Below, piece after piece: positions 32,980-44,623 of a DNA stretch of 64,000 nt. The notes under the pieces were generated by a model that had not been told where the DNA came from, made no database searches, and saw only the letters and a list, made by a program, of their open reading frames with translations. The stretch is taken from positions 1-64,000 of the forward strand of contig CAXULY010000023.1 of assembly GCA_964252075.1 (NCBI GenBank), read 5' to 3'. A program made the position numbers and the translations under genes. This DNA is from an uncultured Deinococcaceae bacterium (lineage in GTDB: Bacteria > Deinococcota > Deinococci > Deinococcales > Deinococcaceae). Within the stretch, counting starts at the first letter, position 1. The number at the start of each line of letters is the position of its first letter.

Positions 32980-33918
32980 ATGTCATACCAACAGGATCTG
33001 TTCCGCTACGTCGCCGAGGAGTTCGCCGAGGACTACCGCGAGGGCGAGATGCCGCGCCGCGAGTTCCTGCGCCGCAGCGTGCTGCTGGGCGGCGGCATCG
33101 CGGGCGCGCGGGTGCTGCTCGCGTCGCTCGGCGTGCTGGGCGTGAGCGCCGCCGAGTTGGCCGCGGCCCAGAACGCCGACCCGCAGAACGAACCCGTGCG
33201 CAACACCTACCAGGTCGCGCCGGACGACCCCATGATCGAGGCGCAGGCCATCACGTACGACGCGCTGGGCCGCACGAACTACGCCTACGTCGCGCGGCCC
33301 GCCGGGGTGGACCGCGCGCCCATCGTGCTGGTCATCCACGAGAACCGCGGCCTGCAGCCGCACATTCAGGACGTCGCGCGCCGCGTCGCGAAGGCGGGGT
33401 ACATCGCGCTCGCGCCGGATTTCGTGTCGCCCATCGGCGGCACCGCGAAGTACCCGGATGTCGCGCAGATCTCCAGCTTCATCGCGCGGACGCCCGCCGA
33501 GGAGCACGTGGCGCACGCGCTGGAGGCCGTGAAGGTTCTGAAGAGCCAGCCGGGCGCGCGCGCGGACGCCTTCGGCATGGTGGGGTTCTGCTGGGGCGGC
33601 GGCATGACTTGGCGCCTCGCGACGCAACTGCCGGACCTGAAGGCCGCCGTGCCCTTCTACGGCCCCTCGCCGGACTTCGCGGCCATCCCGAACATCAAGG
33701 CGGCGGTGCTGGGCGTGTACGGCGGCCTGGACGCCCGCATCACGGGGAACGCGCCCGCGACGGACGCGGCCCTCACGGCGGCGAAGGTCACGCACCGCTT
33801 CCTGGTGTACCCGAAGGCGAACCACGCCTTCAACAACGACACCGGGCAGAGTTACAACCGCGAGGCCGCCGAGAACGCCTGGGCGACCACGCTGGTGTGG
33901 TTCCGGCAGTACCTGTAA
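32980..33918 (+). CDS. Dienelactone hydrolase family protein with Tat-like signal
   Basis: RREFL; IHENRGL, GFCWGG, HAFNND. Confidence 0.9.
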   Translation: MSYQQDLFRYVAEEFAEDYREGEMPRREFLRRSVLLGGGIAGARVLLASLGVLGVSAAELAAAQNADPQNEPVRNTYQVAPDDPMIEAQAITYDALGRTNYAYVARPAGVDRAPIVLVIHENRGLQPHIQDVARRVAKAGYIALAPDFVSPIGGTAKYPDVAQISSFIARTPAEEHVAHALEAVKVLKSQPGARADAFGMVGFCWGGGMTWRLATQLPDLKAAVPFYGPSPDFAAIPNIKAAVLGVYGGLDARITGNAPATDAALTAAKVTHRFLVYPKANHAFNNDTGQSYNREAAENAWATTLVWFRQYL

Positions 33919-33999
33919 GGGCGGGCGCGGTGCGTCCCGTCTCCTTGGGTCGGGACGCACCGCGATGAGGCAAAGGGGGCCGTCCGCGGCCCCTTTGCC

Positions 34000-34848
34000 T
34001 CACCGGTCGTAGGTGTAGAAGCCCTCGCCGCTCTTGCGGCCCAGCAGGCCCGCCTGCACCATCTTGCGCAGCAGCGGGCTGGGTCGGTACTTGTCGTCCC
34101 CGAGGCCCTCGTGCAGCACCTCCATGATGCTCAGGCAGGTGTCCAGCCCGATGAAGTCCGCGAGCGTGAGGGGCCCCATGGGGTGGTTCATGCCGAGCTT
34201 CATGATGCCGTCGATGGCTTCCTTGTCCGCCACGCCCTCCATCACGCACTGGATGGCTTCGTTCAGCATGGGCATCAGGATGCGGTTCGACACGAAGCCG
34301 GGGAAGTCGTTGCATGAGAGGGGCGTCTTGCCCATCTGCCGGGCGGTCTCCTCCACGAAGGCGGTCGTGTCGTCGCTCGTCTTGTACCCGCGAATGACCT
34401 CCACGAGCGCCATGAGCGGCACGGGGTTCATGAAGTGCATCCCGATGAAGCGCTCCGGGCGCCCGCTCGCCGCGCCAAGCCGCGTGATGGGGATGCTGCT
34501 GGTGTTGCTGGCGAGCACGCCGTCCGGCTTCACGAGCGCGCCGAGTTCCCGGAAGAGTGCGCTCTTGGCGGCCTCGTTCTCCACGATGGCTTCCACCACG
34601 AGGTCGCAGTGCGCGAGGTCCGTGAGGTCCGTCGTGAAGCGGATGCGCGCCAGCACGTCGGCGGGCGTGCCCGTGAGGCGGCCCTTCTCGTGCAGCCGCG
34701 TGAGGCTCTTCTCGATGCTGTTCTCGCCGCGCGCCAGGAAGGCGCCGTCCACGTCACGGAGCACCACCTCAAAGCCGCTCTGTGCCCCCACCTGCGCGAT
34801 GCCCGCGCCCATCTGTCCCGCCCCGACGACGCCCAGAATCATGTGCAT
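34000..34848 (-). CDS. hbd: 3-hydroxybutyryl-CoA dehydrogenase
   Basis: [34 protein letters not shown]. Confidence 0.93.
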   Translation of the reverse strand: MHMILGVVGAGQMGAGIAQVGAQSGFEVVLRDVDGAFLARGENSIEKSLTRLHEKGRLTGTPADVLARIRFTTDLTDLAHCDLVVEAIVENEAAKSALFRELGALVKPDGVLASNTSSIPITRLGAASGRPERFIGMHFMNPVPLMALVEVIRGYKTSDDTTAFVEETARQMGKTPLSCNDFPGFVSNRILMPMLNEAIQCVMEGVADKEAIDGIMKLGMNHPMGPLTLADFIGLDTCLSIMEVLHEGLGDDKYRPSPLLRKMVQAGLLGRKSGEGFYTYDR

Positions 34849-34988
34849 GTCACCTCTTGGCTGCCACTCTAGCGCCGCAGCGGGCGGATCTTACCGGTGC
34901 GTTCATGGTCGGGTTTCGCGCGGGACCTCCGGCGCGGATGGCTTAGTCTGTTGGGACCAAACCGCCTTGATGGAGGTGAGTCACCAGC

Positions 34989-35465
34989 ATGACCAACGTG
35001 AGTGACCTGCGGCATGAAATCCTCAATGAGCTGGGGTTGGGTGTGGTGCCCAACGTCTTCACGGTGCCCGTCGCGGCGCCGGACACCCTGCACGGCGTGT
35101 GGACGGCCTTCCGTGACATCGTGCTGCGCGGCGCGCTGCCGCGCAGCGTCAAGGAGATGATGGGGGTGCTGGTGTCGCAGGCGGCGGGCAGTCCGTACGC
35201 GGCGGCCGTGCACCTGCACGCCCTGACACTGCAGGGCGTGCAGCAGGAAATCACCGATCAGCTGGCGCGCGGTGAGGTGCCGCTCGGCGTGACCGACCAG
35301 ACGCTGGCGCTCCTGCGCTTCGCGGCGTACGGGACGTCACCCGACGACCTGCGCGCCGCGGGCCTCAACGAGGCCGAGGTGACAGAAGCGGTGGCGGCGG
35401 TCGGGGTGTTCCGCCTGATCAACACGTACACGGACCTGCTGCGCGTCCCGATCGACGGCGCCTGA
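34989..35465 (+). CDS. CMD/AhpD-fold protein lacking the CxxC motif
   Basis: GVVPNVF, LPRSVKEM..VLVS...SPYA..VH; no Cys in the protein; GGAGG RBS. Confidence 0.75.
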   Translation: MTNVSDLRHEILNELGLGVVPNVFTVPVAAPDTLHGVWTAFRDIVLRGALPRSVKEMMGVLVSQAAGSPYAAAVHLHALTLQGVQQEITDQLARGEVPLGVTDQTLALLRFAAYGTSPDDLRAAGLNEAEVTEAVAAVGVFRLINTYTDLLRVPIDGA

Positions 35466-35478
35466 CCGCTAGACCCCC

Positions 35479-36681
35479 ATGACCGCCCCGGACCAGCCGA
35501 CCCTCCAGCCGCACGAGCAGCAGGCGCTGTCCAGCCGCCTGCTGCTGCTGAACGAGTTCGGGCTGAAGGTGCACGGGCGCACGCCGGAGGAGGTGCTGGC
35601 CGCCGCGCAGCGCTACGCCAGCTTCCTGTTTTCCGGCGGTCGGCTGGAGGTGCTGCCCCTCGCGGACTACCAGCCGCAGGGGGGGGTGGTGCGCGGCATG
35701 ACCACCCTCGCGGACGGCGCGCGGGTGTACCTGTCGCTGCTGGGCGAGCGGGGGTACGCGGCCCTGTCAAGCCCCGAGCTGAGCGCGCAGGCGGGGCAGT
35801 ACCTGGCGACCTTGTTCCTGGAGCACCTGCGCCTCGCGCTGGCCGTGCAGCCCGCGCAGGCGGGGCACGCGCCGGTCATTGGCGGTGAGGCGTCCCTCAT
35901 GCAGGCGCTGGAGGACGACCGGCGCCAGAACGGCGCGCTGGTGCTCGCGCTGTACCCGAACCTGGAGACCCTCGCGGACGTGCGCCGGACCGTGCACCTG
36001 CTGGAGGACCGCACGGGCGCGCAGGTGTTCGCGCTGGGAGACGGCGTGCTGGGCGTGCTGACGAGCGTCGGTCAGCTGGGGCAGACGCTCGCGACCGCGC
36101 AGCGCCTGCAGCCCCTGAGCCTCGCGCACGCCCTGAGCCTGGAGCGGCAGGGCAGCGCCCTGCTGTCCCTGGCGCGCGCGCGACTGCGCGTGGCGGCCAG
36201 CGATCAGGGCGGCGACCTGGAGTTGCAGGGCCTGCCGCACAGCATCGAGGTGGTGCTGGACTGGCCGGTCGGGCACGCCCTGAGCGTGGAGGCGTCCGAG
36301 CGGCGGCGCCTCGCGGTGACGCCCAACCCGCACCCCGCGTATCTCGCGGACCTGCTCGACCTGTACGACGGGGTGCTGGACGTGCCGCGCGGTCACTTCC
36401 GCGCGGCGGACATCCTGGAGGCCGCGCAGGCGCTGGAGCGCGGGGAGCCCGTGAAGCCCGAGGTGAACACCCAGGTGGGGCTCTTCCCGCGTGAACGTCA
36501 GGTGCTGCGACTCACCGCGCAAGGGCACTCGCCCGCTCAGGTGGCGCGGTCGCTCGGCATCAGTGAGAAGACCGTCGCGAACCAGCTGAGCGCCATTCAG
36601 GAAAAGCTGATGGCGACTTCCCGCGTGGGCCTCGTGCTGGCGTACCTGGGCCTCACGGACGCCGCGGACAGCGGGCTGTAA
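35479..36681 (+). CDS. Multi-domain LuxR-family regulator
   Basis: C-terminal LFPRERQVL..GHSPAQVA..LGISEKTVANQL; preceded by VTPNPHPAYLADL; N-terminal about 250 aa unassigned. Confidence 0.8.
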   Translation: MTAPDQPTLQPHEQQALSSRLLLLNEFGLKVHGRTPEEVLAAAQRYASFLFSGGRLEVLPLADYQPQGGVVRGMTTLADGARVYLSLLGERGYAALSSPELSAQAGQYLATLFLEHLRLALAVQPAQAGHAPVIGGEASLMQALEDDRRQNGALVLALYPNLETLADVRRTVHLLEDRTGAQVFALGDGVLGVLTSVGQLGQTLATAQRLQPLSLAHALSLERQGSALLSLARARLRVAASDQGGDLELQGLPHSIEVVLDWPVGHALSVEASERRRLAVTPNPHPAYLADLLDLYDGVLDVPRGHFRAADILEAAQALERGEPVKPEVNTQVGLFPRERQVLRLTAQGHSPAQVARSLGISEKTVANQLSAIQEKLMATSRVGLVLAYLGLTDAADSGL

Positions 36682-37190
36682 AGCGGTCCGTCCGCCAGCT
36701 CGCCGCGGAAGTACAGGGCGGCCTCCACGCGGTTCTTGAGGCCCAGTTTGTCCAGCACCTCGCACGCGACGTTCGCGACGGTCTTGACGCTCACGCCCAG
36801 CCAGGAGGCGATCTCGGCGTTGTCGAGGCCGAGCGCGATGGCGTACAGCACCGCGCGTTCACGCGGGAAGAGCGCGGAGACGGAGTTCAGGTCCGGGCCG
36901 CGGTAGACGGTGCCGCCCGCCAGCACGCAGTTCGCGGCCTGCACCACCTCGTTGGGGTCGCGCGGCGAGACGAGCACGCTCCAGCCCGCGTCGCTCAGCC
37001 AGTGCAGGTAGTGCGGGCAGGCGTTCTCCGTGAGGACCAGCACGGGGCCGCGCAGGCGCTCCAGGCTGCTGGTGGCGAGCAGGGAGGGGGTGTCAATGAG
37101 GATCTGAACGCCCTCGGTGTCTGCATCCCAGGGGTGCAGCCATTCCCGGATGAATTGGGCCACAAAGGCGTCGCGGTGGATCAGGGTCAT
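36597..37190 (-). CDS. LuxR-family regulator, paralog of 1012-1545
   Basis: VLVLTENACPHYLHWL..GWSVLV; LFPRERAVL..GLDNAEIA..VSVKTVAN; AAGGAG RBS. Confidence 0.85.
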   Translation of the reverse strand: MTLIHRDAFVAQFIREWLHPWDADTEGVQILIDTPSLLATSSLERLRGPVLVLTENACPHYLHWLSDAGWSVLVSPRDPNEVVQAANCVLAGGTVYRGPDLNSVSALFPRERAVLYAIALGLDNAEIASWLGVSVKTVANVACEVLDKLGLKNRVEAALYFRGELADGPLYSPLSAASVRPRYASTRPTREVAISFS

Positions 37191-37262
37191 GGGTGGCTCC
37201 TTTGTTTCTTGACGGGTGAGGCGGGTGTAGATGAAACGTGAGCGGGATGAATGGAGCATATC

Positions 37263-37330
37263 CGGGACGATGTCCCGACCGTTAGGGCGCTGCTCCCGTC
37301 TCCTTTCAGGTGAAACGGGAAAATCGCCCG
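37263..37330. promoter_or_regulatory. Three 15-bp palindromic boxes (consensus CGGGA-N5-TCCCG)
   Basis: CGGGACGATGTCCCG 37263, AGGGCGCTGCTCCCG 37284, CGGGAAAATCGCCCG 37316. Confidence 0.55.
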
Positions 37331-37623
37331 TCCTTCAGCGCCTGCAGAGGCGGGAATGCCTTAATACCGCCCAACGCGCGTTTCAGGCGGCTTTAAGCCG
37401 TCCGTAAGAGGCATGTGAGCGCGTCTCCGTAAGCTGATCTTGCTGAGGCGTCGAAGCGCGGGGTGTATCCGGGCACCTGTCCCGCGCTGAGCCAGTGGTG
37501 CGACCGCAAGCACGCATCCAGGCGTTTCCACGGTGGAAACGCGCCTCCCCCTATTCCTGATGCGCGGACCGGTCGTGCGGCCTCCCTGGCCCTCGGCGCG
37601 GTGAACCTGCGCTGGAGTCTTTC

Positions 37624-39003
37624 ATGTCCCGGAAACCGCTGTACCTCACCGCCCTTTTCGGCCTGTTCCTGGCCGCTTGCAACCAGGCCAGCATGCCCAC
37701 CCCGAACACCGCCCTCGGCGCGGGCGCCGTCAGCACCCGCCCCACCTGCACGCTCGCCCCGCAGTCCATGACGGCTACACCCACCGTGTCCGCCCGCGGC
37801 GTTGCTGCGCGCTGGAGTGACCGCGCGCCCGGCCGCATGCTGGCGTACGTCGGCCCCCGCAGTGGCCTGAGCGCGCAGGGCACCGCGCACTTCGGGGCCC
37901 TGGGCCTCACCGCGAGCAGCGCAGGCGACGGCTGGCTGCGCCTGAGCGGCGACGACGCGGGCCTGCAGGCCAGCGCCGCCAAACTGGTGGGCGCGGGTGA
38001 AGCGCTGTACGTTCAGCCCGAGTACCTGTACACGCCCTCCGGCGCCACGCCCAACGATCCCCTGTACCTGCCCGCGCAGCAGGCCCAGGACCGCCAGGGG
38101 AACCTGGAGGCCGCCTGGAGCGCGCTTGATGGACACGCGGCGCCCGCCTGCGGGGCCGTCACGATTGCCGTCATCGACACGGGCTTCATCGACGAGAACA
38201 GCGACGACCTGAGCGCCAACCTCGCGCCGCGCGCCGCTTGGCTGAACCTCAGCACGGGCGTGCAGGGCGACGCCACGCCACTTGAGGGGCAGGAAGCGGC
38301 GCACGGCACGGCCGTGGCGAGCGTCATCGCGATGACCGCCAACAACGGCGTGGGCGGAGCGGGCGCGGGCCACAACCTGCTCAAGGTGCTGCCCATCAAC
38401 GCCTACACGCAGCGGGGCAGTGAGCTGGGCTTCTGGTCCTCGAACGTCGCGACCGCCATTGATTACGCCGTGGGCAGCGCCCTCCTGCCGGACGGCACGA
38501 CCCTCACGAACCCGGCGCCCGCCAGCGTCATCAACCTGAGCTTCGGGACGAATGGCGCGGACGACGCCTTCCTCGAGCAGCACCTGCAGCGTGCGGAGCA
38601 GGCGGGCGTGCTGATCGTGGCGGCCAGCGGCAACGCGGGGCACGCGCAGGTGGACAGCCCCGCGCGGAGCAGCAGCGTGATCGGCGTGGGCGCCGTGGAT
38701 GAGCAGGGCGCGCGCGCGGGGTTCAGCAATTACGGAGCAGGCCTGCAGGTGGTCGCGCCGGGCACGAACGTGCTTGCCAGCGCGGGTGGAGAGGAACTGC
38801 AGTGGGACGGCACGTCCTTCGCGACGCCGTACGTGGCCGCGCAGGCGGGCCTCTGGCTGTATGCGCACGGGGGCCGTGTGGGTGGTGACGTGCGGAGTGC
38901 CTTCCTGAACTGCGCTCGGCAGGCGGGCAACAGCCAGTGGCAGGAAGGCGTTGGTTACGGTGTGCTGGATACCCTGAAGCTGCTGGATGGCCCCGGGTGT
39001 TAA
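37624..39003 (+). CDS. S8 subtilisin-like serine peptidase, lipoprotein
   Basis: Lipobox LAAC; catalytic IDTG, HGTAVA, GTSFATP; oxyanion AASGN. Confidence 0.92.
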   Translation: MSRKPLYLTALFGLFLAACNQASMPTPNTALGAGAVSTRPTCTLAPQSMTATPTVSARGVAARWSDRAPGRMLAYVGPRSGLSAQGTAHFGALGLTASSAGDGWLRLSGDDAGLQASAAKLVGAGEALYVQPEYLYTPSGATPNDPLYLPAQQAQDRQGNLEAAWSALDGHAAPACGAVTIAVIDTGFIDENSDDLSANLAPRAAWLNLSTGVQGDATPLEGQEAAHGTAVASVIAMTANNGVGGAGAGHNLLKVLPINAYTQRGSELGFWSSNVATAIDYAVGSALLPDGTTLTNPAPASVINLSFGTNGADDAFLEQHLQRAEQAGVLIVAASGNAGHAQVDSPARSSSVIGVGAVDEQGARAGFSNYGAGLQVVAPGTNVLASAGGEELQWDGTSFATPYVAAQAGLWLYAHGGRVGGDVRSAFLNCARQAGNSQWQEGVGYGVLDTLKLLDGPGC

Positions 39004-39267
39004 GTGATGAGGATGAATGCCTCAGGCCTTAATCCAATCTTTATATTTATCTTTAGCAAATTTTAATGGGCGGATCGATCGAGACCGTCTGGAACGACAT
39101 CAGCAGGCACTCCGAACGTCTGTGCACATCCGGTCTTCAGTGAAATAATCGGCATTTTTAAGCGCTGGGTGGGAAGAAATCCTGCCCGGCGCCTGTTTTA
39201 TCCCTCACGCCTTCCCGGAGCGGCTCTCTAGGCTGGGGCCAATTCCAAGCACGTGAAGGAGTCAGCG

Positions 39268-41382
39268 ATGAACAACCACAAAAAGGGCATGCTCCTGTTG
39301 ATGGCCGGCCTCCTGGCCGCCTGCGGAAGCACCACCACCACGACCACCAACCCCGGCAACCCCTCCGGCGGCTCCAACGGCACCGACAAACTGATCCCCG
39401 TCGTGACCATCACCACGCCGGACAGCAGCAACCCCACCCTGCCGCAGCCCCTGAACATCACCGGCAAATTCACCGACAACGTCTCCGTGACGCGCGCCCT
39501 GCTGGTGATCGACAACGGCCCCGCGCAGGAGATCGCCTTCAGGCCCGGCGCCTCCGCTGACTTCAGCGTGACCATCACGGGCCTCAGCGCCGGCCAGCAC
39601 ACCGCCCGCGTGAACGCCTACGACGCCAGCAACAACCTCGGCTTCGCGGACGTGCGCTTCCAGACCACCAGCGGCACGGGTGGCAACGGGGGAACCGGAG
39701 GGGGCGGCACCGGCGGCGGGGGGACGGGCGGCGGCGGAACGGGTGGCGGCGTGGACACCGTCCTCCCCACGCTCACCCTCACCGCCCCAACGGCAGGCGC
39801 CACGGTCGGCAGCAGCTTCACCGTGCTGGGCAACGCCAGCGACAACGCGGCGGGCGTGAAGATCAGCGCCTCGCTGGACGGCGGCGCCGCCAAGGTCCAG
39901 ACCATCACGGGCGTTAGCGGCGCCTTCTCCCTTCCCTTCACGGGCGTCGCGGCGGGCACCCACACCCTCACGGTGACCGCCACGGACGGCAGCAACAACG
40001 TCACGACCCGCACCATCAGCTTCACGGTGAGCGGCGCGGGCAGCGTGGACACCAGCAAGCCCGTCCTGACCCTGCTGTCCCCCACGGCGGGCACCGCGCT
40101 CACGAACCCCGTGCTCATCAGCGGCACGGCCACCGACAACGCGCTCGGGCAGGTCACGTACTCCGTGGACGGCGGCGCCGAGCAGAACCTCCCAGTCGTG
40201 GCGGGCGTCTTCAATGCGGGCGTGGTCCTTCCCGCCGGCACGCACACCCTCACCGTGAACGCGGACGACACCAGCGGCAACCGCACCAGCCAGACCGTCA
40301 GCGTCACCGTCAGCGGCGGCTCGGGTGGCGGCGGCACGGGCGACACGCAGGGCCCGACGCTCACCCTCACCACCCCGCAGGCAGGCGCGAACGTCACCCT
40401 GCCCCTCGTCCTCAGCGGCACGGCCAGCGACCCCAGCGGCCTGGGTGGCGTGACCTACAGCATTGATGGCGGCGCGGCCGTGAACGTCCCCGTGGTGGGT
40501 GGGGCCTTCAGCACCACCATCACCAGCCTGCCCTCGGGCACGCACACCATCGTGGTCACAGCGACCGACGCGGGCGGCAACGCCACCAGCACCACCGTGT
40601 CCGTCACGGTGGCCGGCAGTGGCGGCGGCTCGGGTGACGTGACCGGCCCGAGCCTGACCCTCACGACCCCCACGGACAACCAGCTGGTGGTGGGCAGCGT
40701 GGCGCTCAGCGGCGCCGCGACCGACATGGGCGGCGTGGCGAGCCTCACCTACCGCGTGGACAGTGGCGTGGAGCAGCCCGTGACGCTCAGCAGCGGCAAC
40801 TTCGCCACCACCATCGCGGGCCTCGCGCCCGGCACGCACACCATCACGGTGACCGCCACGGACGGCAGCGGCAACGTCACCACCCGCACCATCACCGTGC
40901 GCAGCGTCTCGCCGCTCGTGAACACCGGCAGCGGCAGCACCTTCAGCGTCACGAAGGGCACCCTGGGCGTGGTGTGCCTGGCCTGCACCGTCACGAACCC
41001 GGCCTCCGTGGTGGACGGCGACCTGAGCAACTACGCGACCCTCACGAACGCCGTGGGCCTCGCGGCGGGCACCTACGTGCAGGTGAAGGGCCCCAGCGTC
41101 GGCTCCGGGCAGAAGGTCGGCTTCGCGATCACGGACGGCGGCGGGAACCTGCTCACCCTGAACGCCCTGTCGGGCCTCACCGTCCGCACGTACCTGAACG
41201 GCGCCGTGCAGGAGTCGTACACGGCGGGCAGCCTCGCAGACCTCACTGTGCTGGGCGGGACCGGCAACCTGCGGGGCGTGCAGTTCACGACCAGCAAGGC
41301 CTTCGACACGGTCCGCCTGGAGAACAACGCGGCCGTCGGGGTGCTGGGCAGCCTGCGGGTGTACTTCGCGTACCTGCAGTGA
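39268..41382 (+). CDS. Surface lipoprotein with five Ig-like repeats and a C-terminal beta-rich domain
   Basis: Lipobox LAAC; repeated DxxxPxLTLTxP..G.A.D..G.HT.TV.ATD..GN units; GGTGGG linker. Confidence 0.85.
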   Translation: MNNHKKGMLLLMAGLLAACGSTTTTTTNPGNPSGGSNGTDKLIPVVTITTPDSSNPTLPQPLNITGKFTDNVSVTRALLVIDNGPAQEIAFRPGASADFSVTITGLSAGQHTARVNAYDASNNLGFADVRFQTTSGTGGNGGTGGGGTGGGGTGGGGTGGGVDTVLPTLTLTAPTAGATVGSSFTVLGNASDNAAGVKISASLDGGAAKVQTITGVSGAFSLPFTGVAAGTHTLTVTATDGSNNVTTRTISFTVSGAGSVDTSKPVLTLLSPTAGTALTNPVLISGTATDNALGQVTYSVDGGAEQNLPVVAGVFNAGVVLPAGTHTLTVNADDTSGNRTSQTVSVTVSGGSGGGGTGDTQGPTLTLTTPQAGANVTLPLVLSGTASDPSGLGGVTYSIDGGAAVNVPVVGGAFSTTITSLPSGTHTIVVTATDAGGNATSTTVSVTVAGSGGGSGDVTGPSLTLTTPTDNQLVVGSVALSGAATDMGGVASLTYRVDSGVEQPVTLSSGNFATTIAGLAPGTHTITVTATDGSGNVTTRTITVRSVSPLVNTGSGSTFSVTKGTLGVVCLACTVTNPASVVDGDLSNYATLTNAVGLAAGTYVQVKGPSVGSGQKVGFAITDGGGNLLTLNALSGLTVRTYLNGAVQESYTAGSLADLTVLGGTGNLRGVQFTTSKAFDTVRLENNAAVGVLGSLRVYFAYLQ

Positions 41383-41386
41383 GCGC

Positions 41387-41431
41387 AAAGGGAAGGGGGC
41401 GGCCCAGTGACGGGCCGCCCCCTTCCCTTTG
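41387..41431. terminator. Bidirectional intrinsic terminator
   Basis: AAAGGGAAGGGGGCGGCCC-AGTGAC-GGGCCGCCCCCTTCCCTTT between convergent genes. Confidence 0.8.
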
Positions 41432-41432
41432 G

Positions 41433-41912
41433 TCAGTGGTCGGGGTGCGGCGCGCCCGGCGGCTCGTTGAGCAGCGCCCAGAACACCCCGATGGTCCGCA
41501 CCGCCTCGATGAACTCCCCGAAGTCCACGGGCTTCACCACGTAGGCGCGCGCGCCCAGGCGGTAGCAGGACTCGATGTCGGTCTCCTCGCGGCTGGTGGT
41601 GAGCATCACGACCGGAATGTCGCGCAGGCCCGGCTCCTCGCGGATGGCGGCCAGCACCGCCAGGCCGTCCATGTGCGGCATGTTCACGTCCAGCAGGATG
41701 ACGGTCGGCGCGTCCGGGGCCCGCCCGGCGTACGGGCCGCGCCCCAGCAGGTACTCCAGCGCCTCCTGCCCGCTGCGCGCGACGGCGACCTCCTGGGCGA
41801 GGCGTCCCTGCTCGAAGGCCGCGAGCGCCAGCTCCACGTCATGCGGGTTGTCGTCCACCAGCAGGATGCGCTTCTTCACCTGCGGTTCAGCGGCGGGTCT
41901 GGCCGTATCCAT
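41433..41912 (-). CDS. Single-domain response regulator (Rcp1-like)
   Basis: ILLVDDN, LLDVNMP, LTTS, YVVKP. Confidence 0.92.
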   Translation of the reverse strand: MDTARPAAEPQVKKRILLVDDNPHDVELALAAFEQGRLAQEVAVARSGQEALEYLLGRGPYAGRAPDAPTVILLDVNMPHMDGLAVLAAIREEPGLRDIPVVMLTTSREETDIESCYRLGARAYVVKPVDFGEFIEAVRTIGVFWALLNEPPGAPHPDH

Positions 41913-42110
41913 GAGAAACTCCTTCACCTGCCATTGATTTTAAGGGGCCCGATGCCTGAGCTTTGTCACCTTCTGATGAGTTCGCACGCGCGGCGCGCGT
42001 CTAGACACGCGCGGCGCCCCGCGACCGCACTCACGGACGCGCGCGCGAACGGGCCCTACATTGGAGGGCATGCCGCACCCCCCCATCCGGTTCCTCGCTG
42101 GACGCCCGCC

Positions 42111-42874
<764 letters not shown>

Positions 42875-42878
<4 letters not shown>

Positions 42879-43531
42879 CGGACCTCACGGGCGTGACCTT
42901 CGACGACCGCGGCCTCGTGCCGGTGGTGACGCAGGACGCGGAGACGGGCGCGGTCCTGATGCTCGCCTGGGCGGACCGCGCGGCGCTGGAGCGCACCCTC
43001 ACCACGCGCGAGGGCACGTACTACAGCCGCTCGCGCGGCGAGCAGTGGGTGAAGGGCAAGACCTCCGGGCACACGCAGCGCGTGGTCGAGGTGCGCCTCG
43101 ACTGCGACGGGGACGCCGTGCTGTACCGCGTGGAGCAGACGGGGCCCGCCTGCCACACCGGCGAGTCCAGCTGCTTCCACACCCCCCTGCTAGACGCGGA
43201 CGCCGAACCGGGCGGCCTGGACGGCACGCTGGCGCGCGTGTACGCGACCATCACGGAGCGCCTCGTGACGCTGCCCGAGCAGAGTTACGTGGCCCGCCTG
43301 CACGCGGGCGGCCTGGACCGGGTGCTGAAGAAGGTCGCGGAGGAGTCCGGTGAGGTGCTGCTGGCCGCCAAAAACCGCAACCGCGCGGAACTCGCGACGG
43401 AAGTCGCGGACCTGTTCTTCCACACGCTGTTCGCCATGGCGGAAGTCGGCGTGACGCCCGGCGACGTGGCGGCGGTGCTGCAGGGCCGCGAGGGCCGCAC
43501 GGGTCTCAAGGGACCAAAAGAGATCGGCTGA
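42875..43531 (+). CDS. hisIE: Phosphoribosyl-AMP cyclohydrolase / phosphoribosyl-ATP diphosphatase
   Basis: YYSRSR, KGKTSGH, DCDGD, ACHTG..SCF, KKVAEE. Confidence 0.96.
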
Positions 43532-43564
43532 GGACAGCAGCGGGGGCGGCACCCACGCCTTGTG

Positions 43565-44593
43565 TTACCCGACGGCGCCCGCGAGTTTCTGCTCTGCGTA
43601 CTGTGCCTGCCGCTCGCCCGTCTCCTCCACCCGCGCGAGCGCGTCCAGAATCACCTCGGTGCCCGCCCCGGGCAGGTGCGCGCGCTCACTCAGCGTGCGC
43701 TTCCAGCCGCGCGCACCCGGCTGCCCCGCGAAGAGGCCCAGGATGTGCCGCGTGAGGCGCGACAGGTACACGTCCCGCGCGAGCTGCTCCTCCACGTACG
43801 GCAGGTACGCCTCGATGACCGCGCGACGGGAGGGCACGGGCGCGTCCTCACCAAAAATCCCTCGGTCCGCCGCGGCGAGCAGGTACGGTTCCTGGTACGC
43901 GGCGCGACCGATCATCACGCCGTCCGCCCACGCGAGGTGCTCGCGCGCGGCGTCCAGGCTCAGCACGCCGCCATTCAGCACGATGGTCACGTGCGGGAAG
44001 TCCCGCTTGAGGGCCCGCACCACCTCGTAGCGCAGGGGGGGAATCTCGCGGTTCTCCTTCGGGGAGAGGCCCGACAGCCACGCCTTGCGGGCGTGCACGA
44101 TGAAGGTCTCGCAGCCCGCGTCCGCAATGAGGGACACGAAGCGGTGCAGCTCCTCGTAGCTGTCGTGGTCGTCCACGCCGATGCGGTGCTTCACCGTCAC
44201 GGGCAGGCTCGTGGCGGCGCGCATGGCGGCCACCCCACGCGCCACCGTATCCGGCGTGAGCATCAGGCACGCGCCGAAGGTGCCGCGCTGCACGCGGTCC
44301 GACGGGCACCCCACGTTCAGGTTCACCTCCGCGTACCCCCACTCCTGCGCGAGCCGCGCGCCGCGCGCCAGGTCCGTGGGGTCACTGCCGCCAAGTTGCA
44401 GCGCAACCGGGGACTCCTGCGCACTGAAGTCCAGGTGACGGCCCAGGTCGCCGTGGGTGAGCGCGCCGGTCGTGACCATCTCGGTGTACAGCAGCGTGCG
44501 GCGCGACAGCAGGCGGTGAAAGACGCGGCAGTGCCGGTCCGTCCAGTCCATCATGGGCGCGACGGAGAGCGTGTGGGGCGGCAGGGCGGTCAT
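43565..44593 (-). CDS. dusA: tRNA-dihydrouridine(20/20a) synthase
   Basis: SVAPMMDWTDRHCR, NVGCPSDRVQ, HARKAWLSGLSPKENREIPPL. Confidence 0.94.
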   Translation of the reverse strand: MTALPPHTLSVAPMMDWTDRHCRVFHRLLSRRTLLYTEMVTTGALTHGDLGRHLDFSAQESPVALQLGGSDPTDLARGARLAQEWGYAEVNLNVGCPSDRVQRGTFGACLMLTPDTVARGVAAMRAATSLPVTVKHRIGVDDHDSYEELHRFVSLIADAGCETFIVHARKAWLSGLSPKENREIPPLRYEVVRALKRDFPHVTIVLNGGVLSLDAAREHLAWADGVMIGRAAYQEPYLLAAADRGIFGEDAPVPSRRAVIEAYLPYVEEQLARDVYLSRLTRHILGLFAGQPGARGWKRTLSERAHLPGAGTEVILDALARVEETGERQAQYAEQKLAGAVG

Positions 44594-44623
44594 GAACACA
44601 CCAGTGTACCGGGGTGGGTCACG

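Noticed and set aside
39670..39752. GGTGGG-coding low-complexity repeat
   Set aside because: Ordinary flexible linker with varied codons
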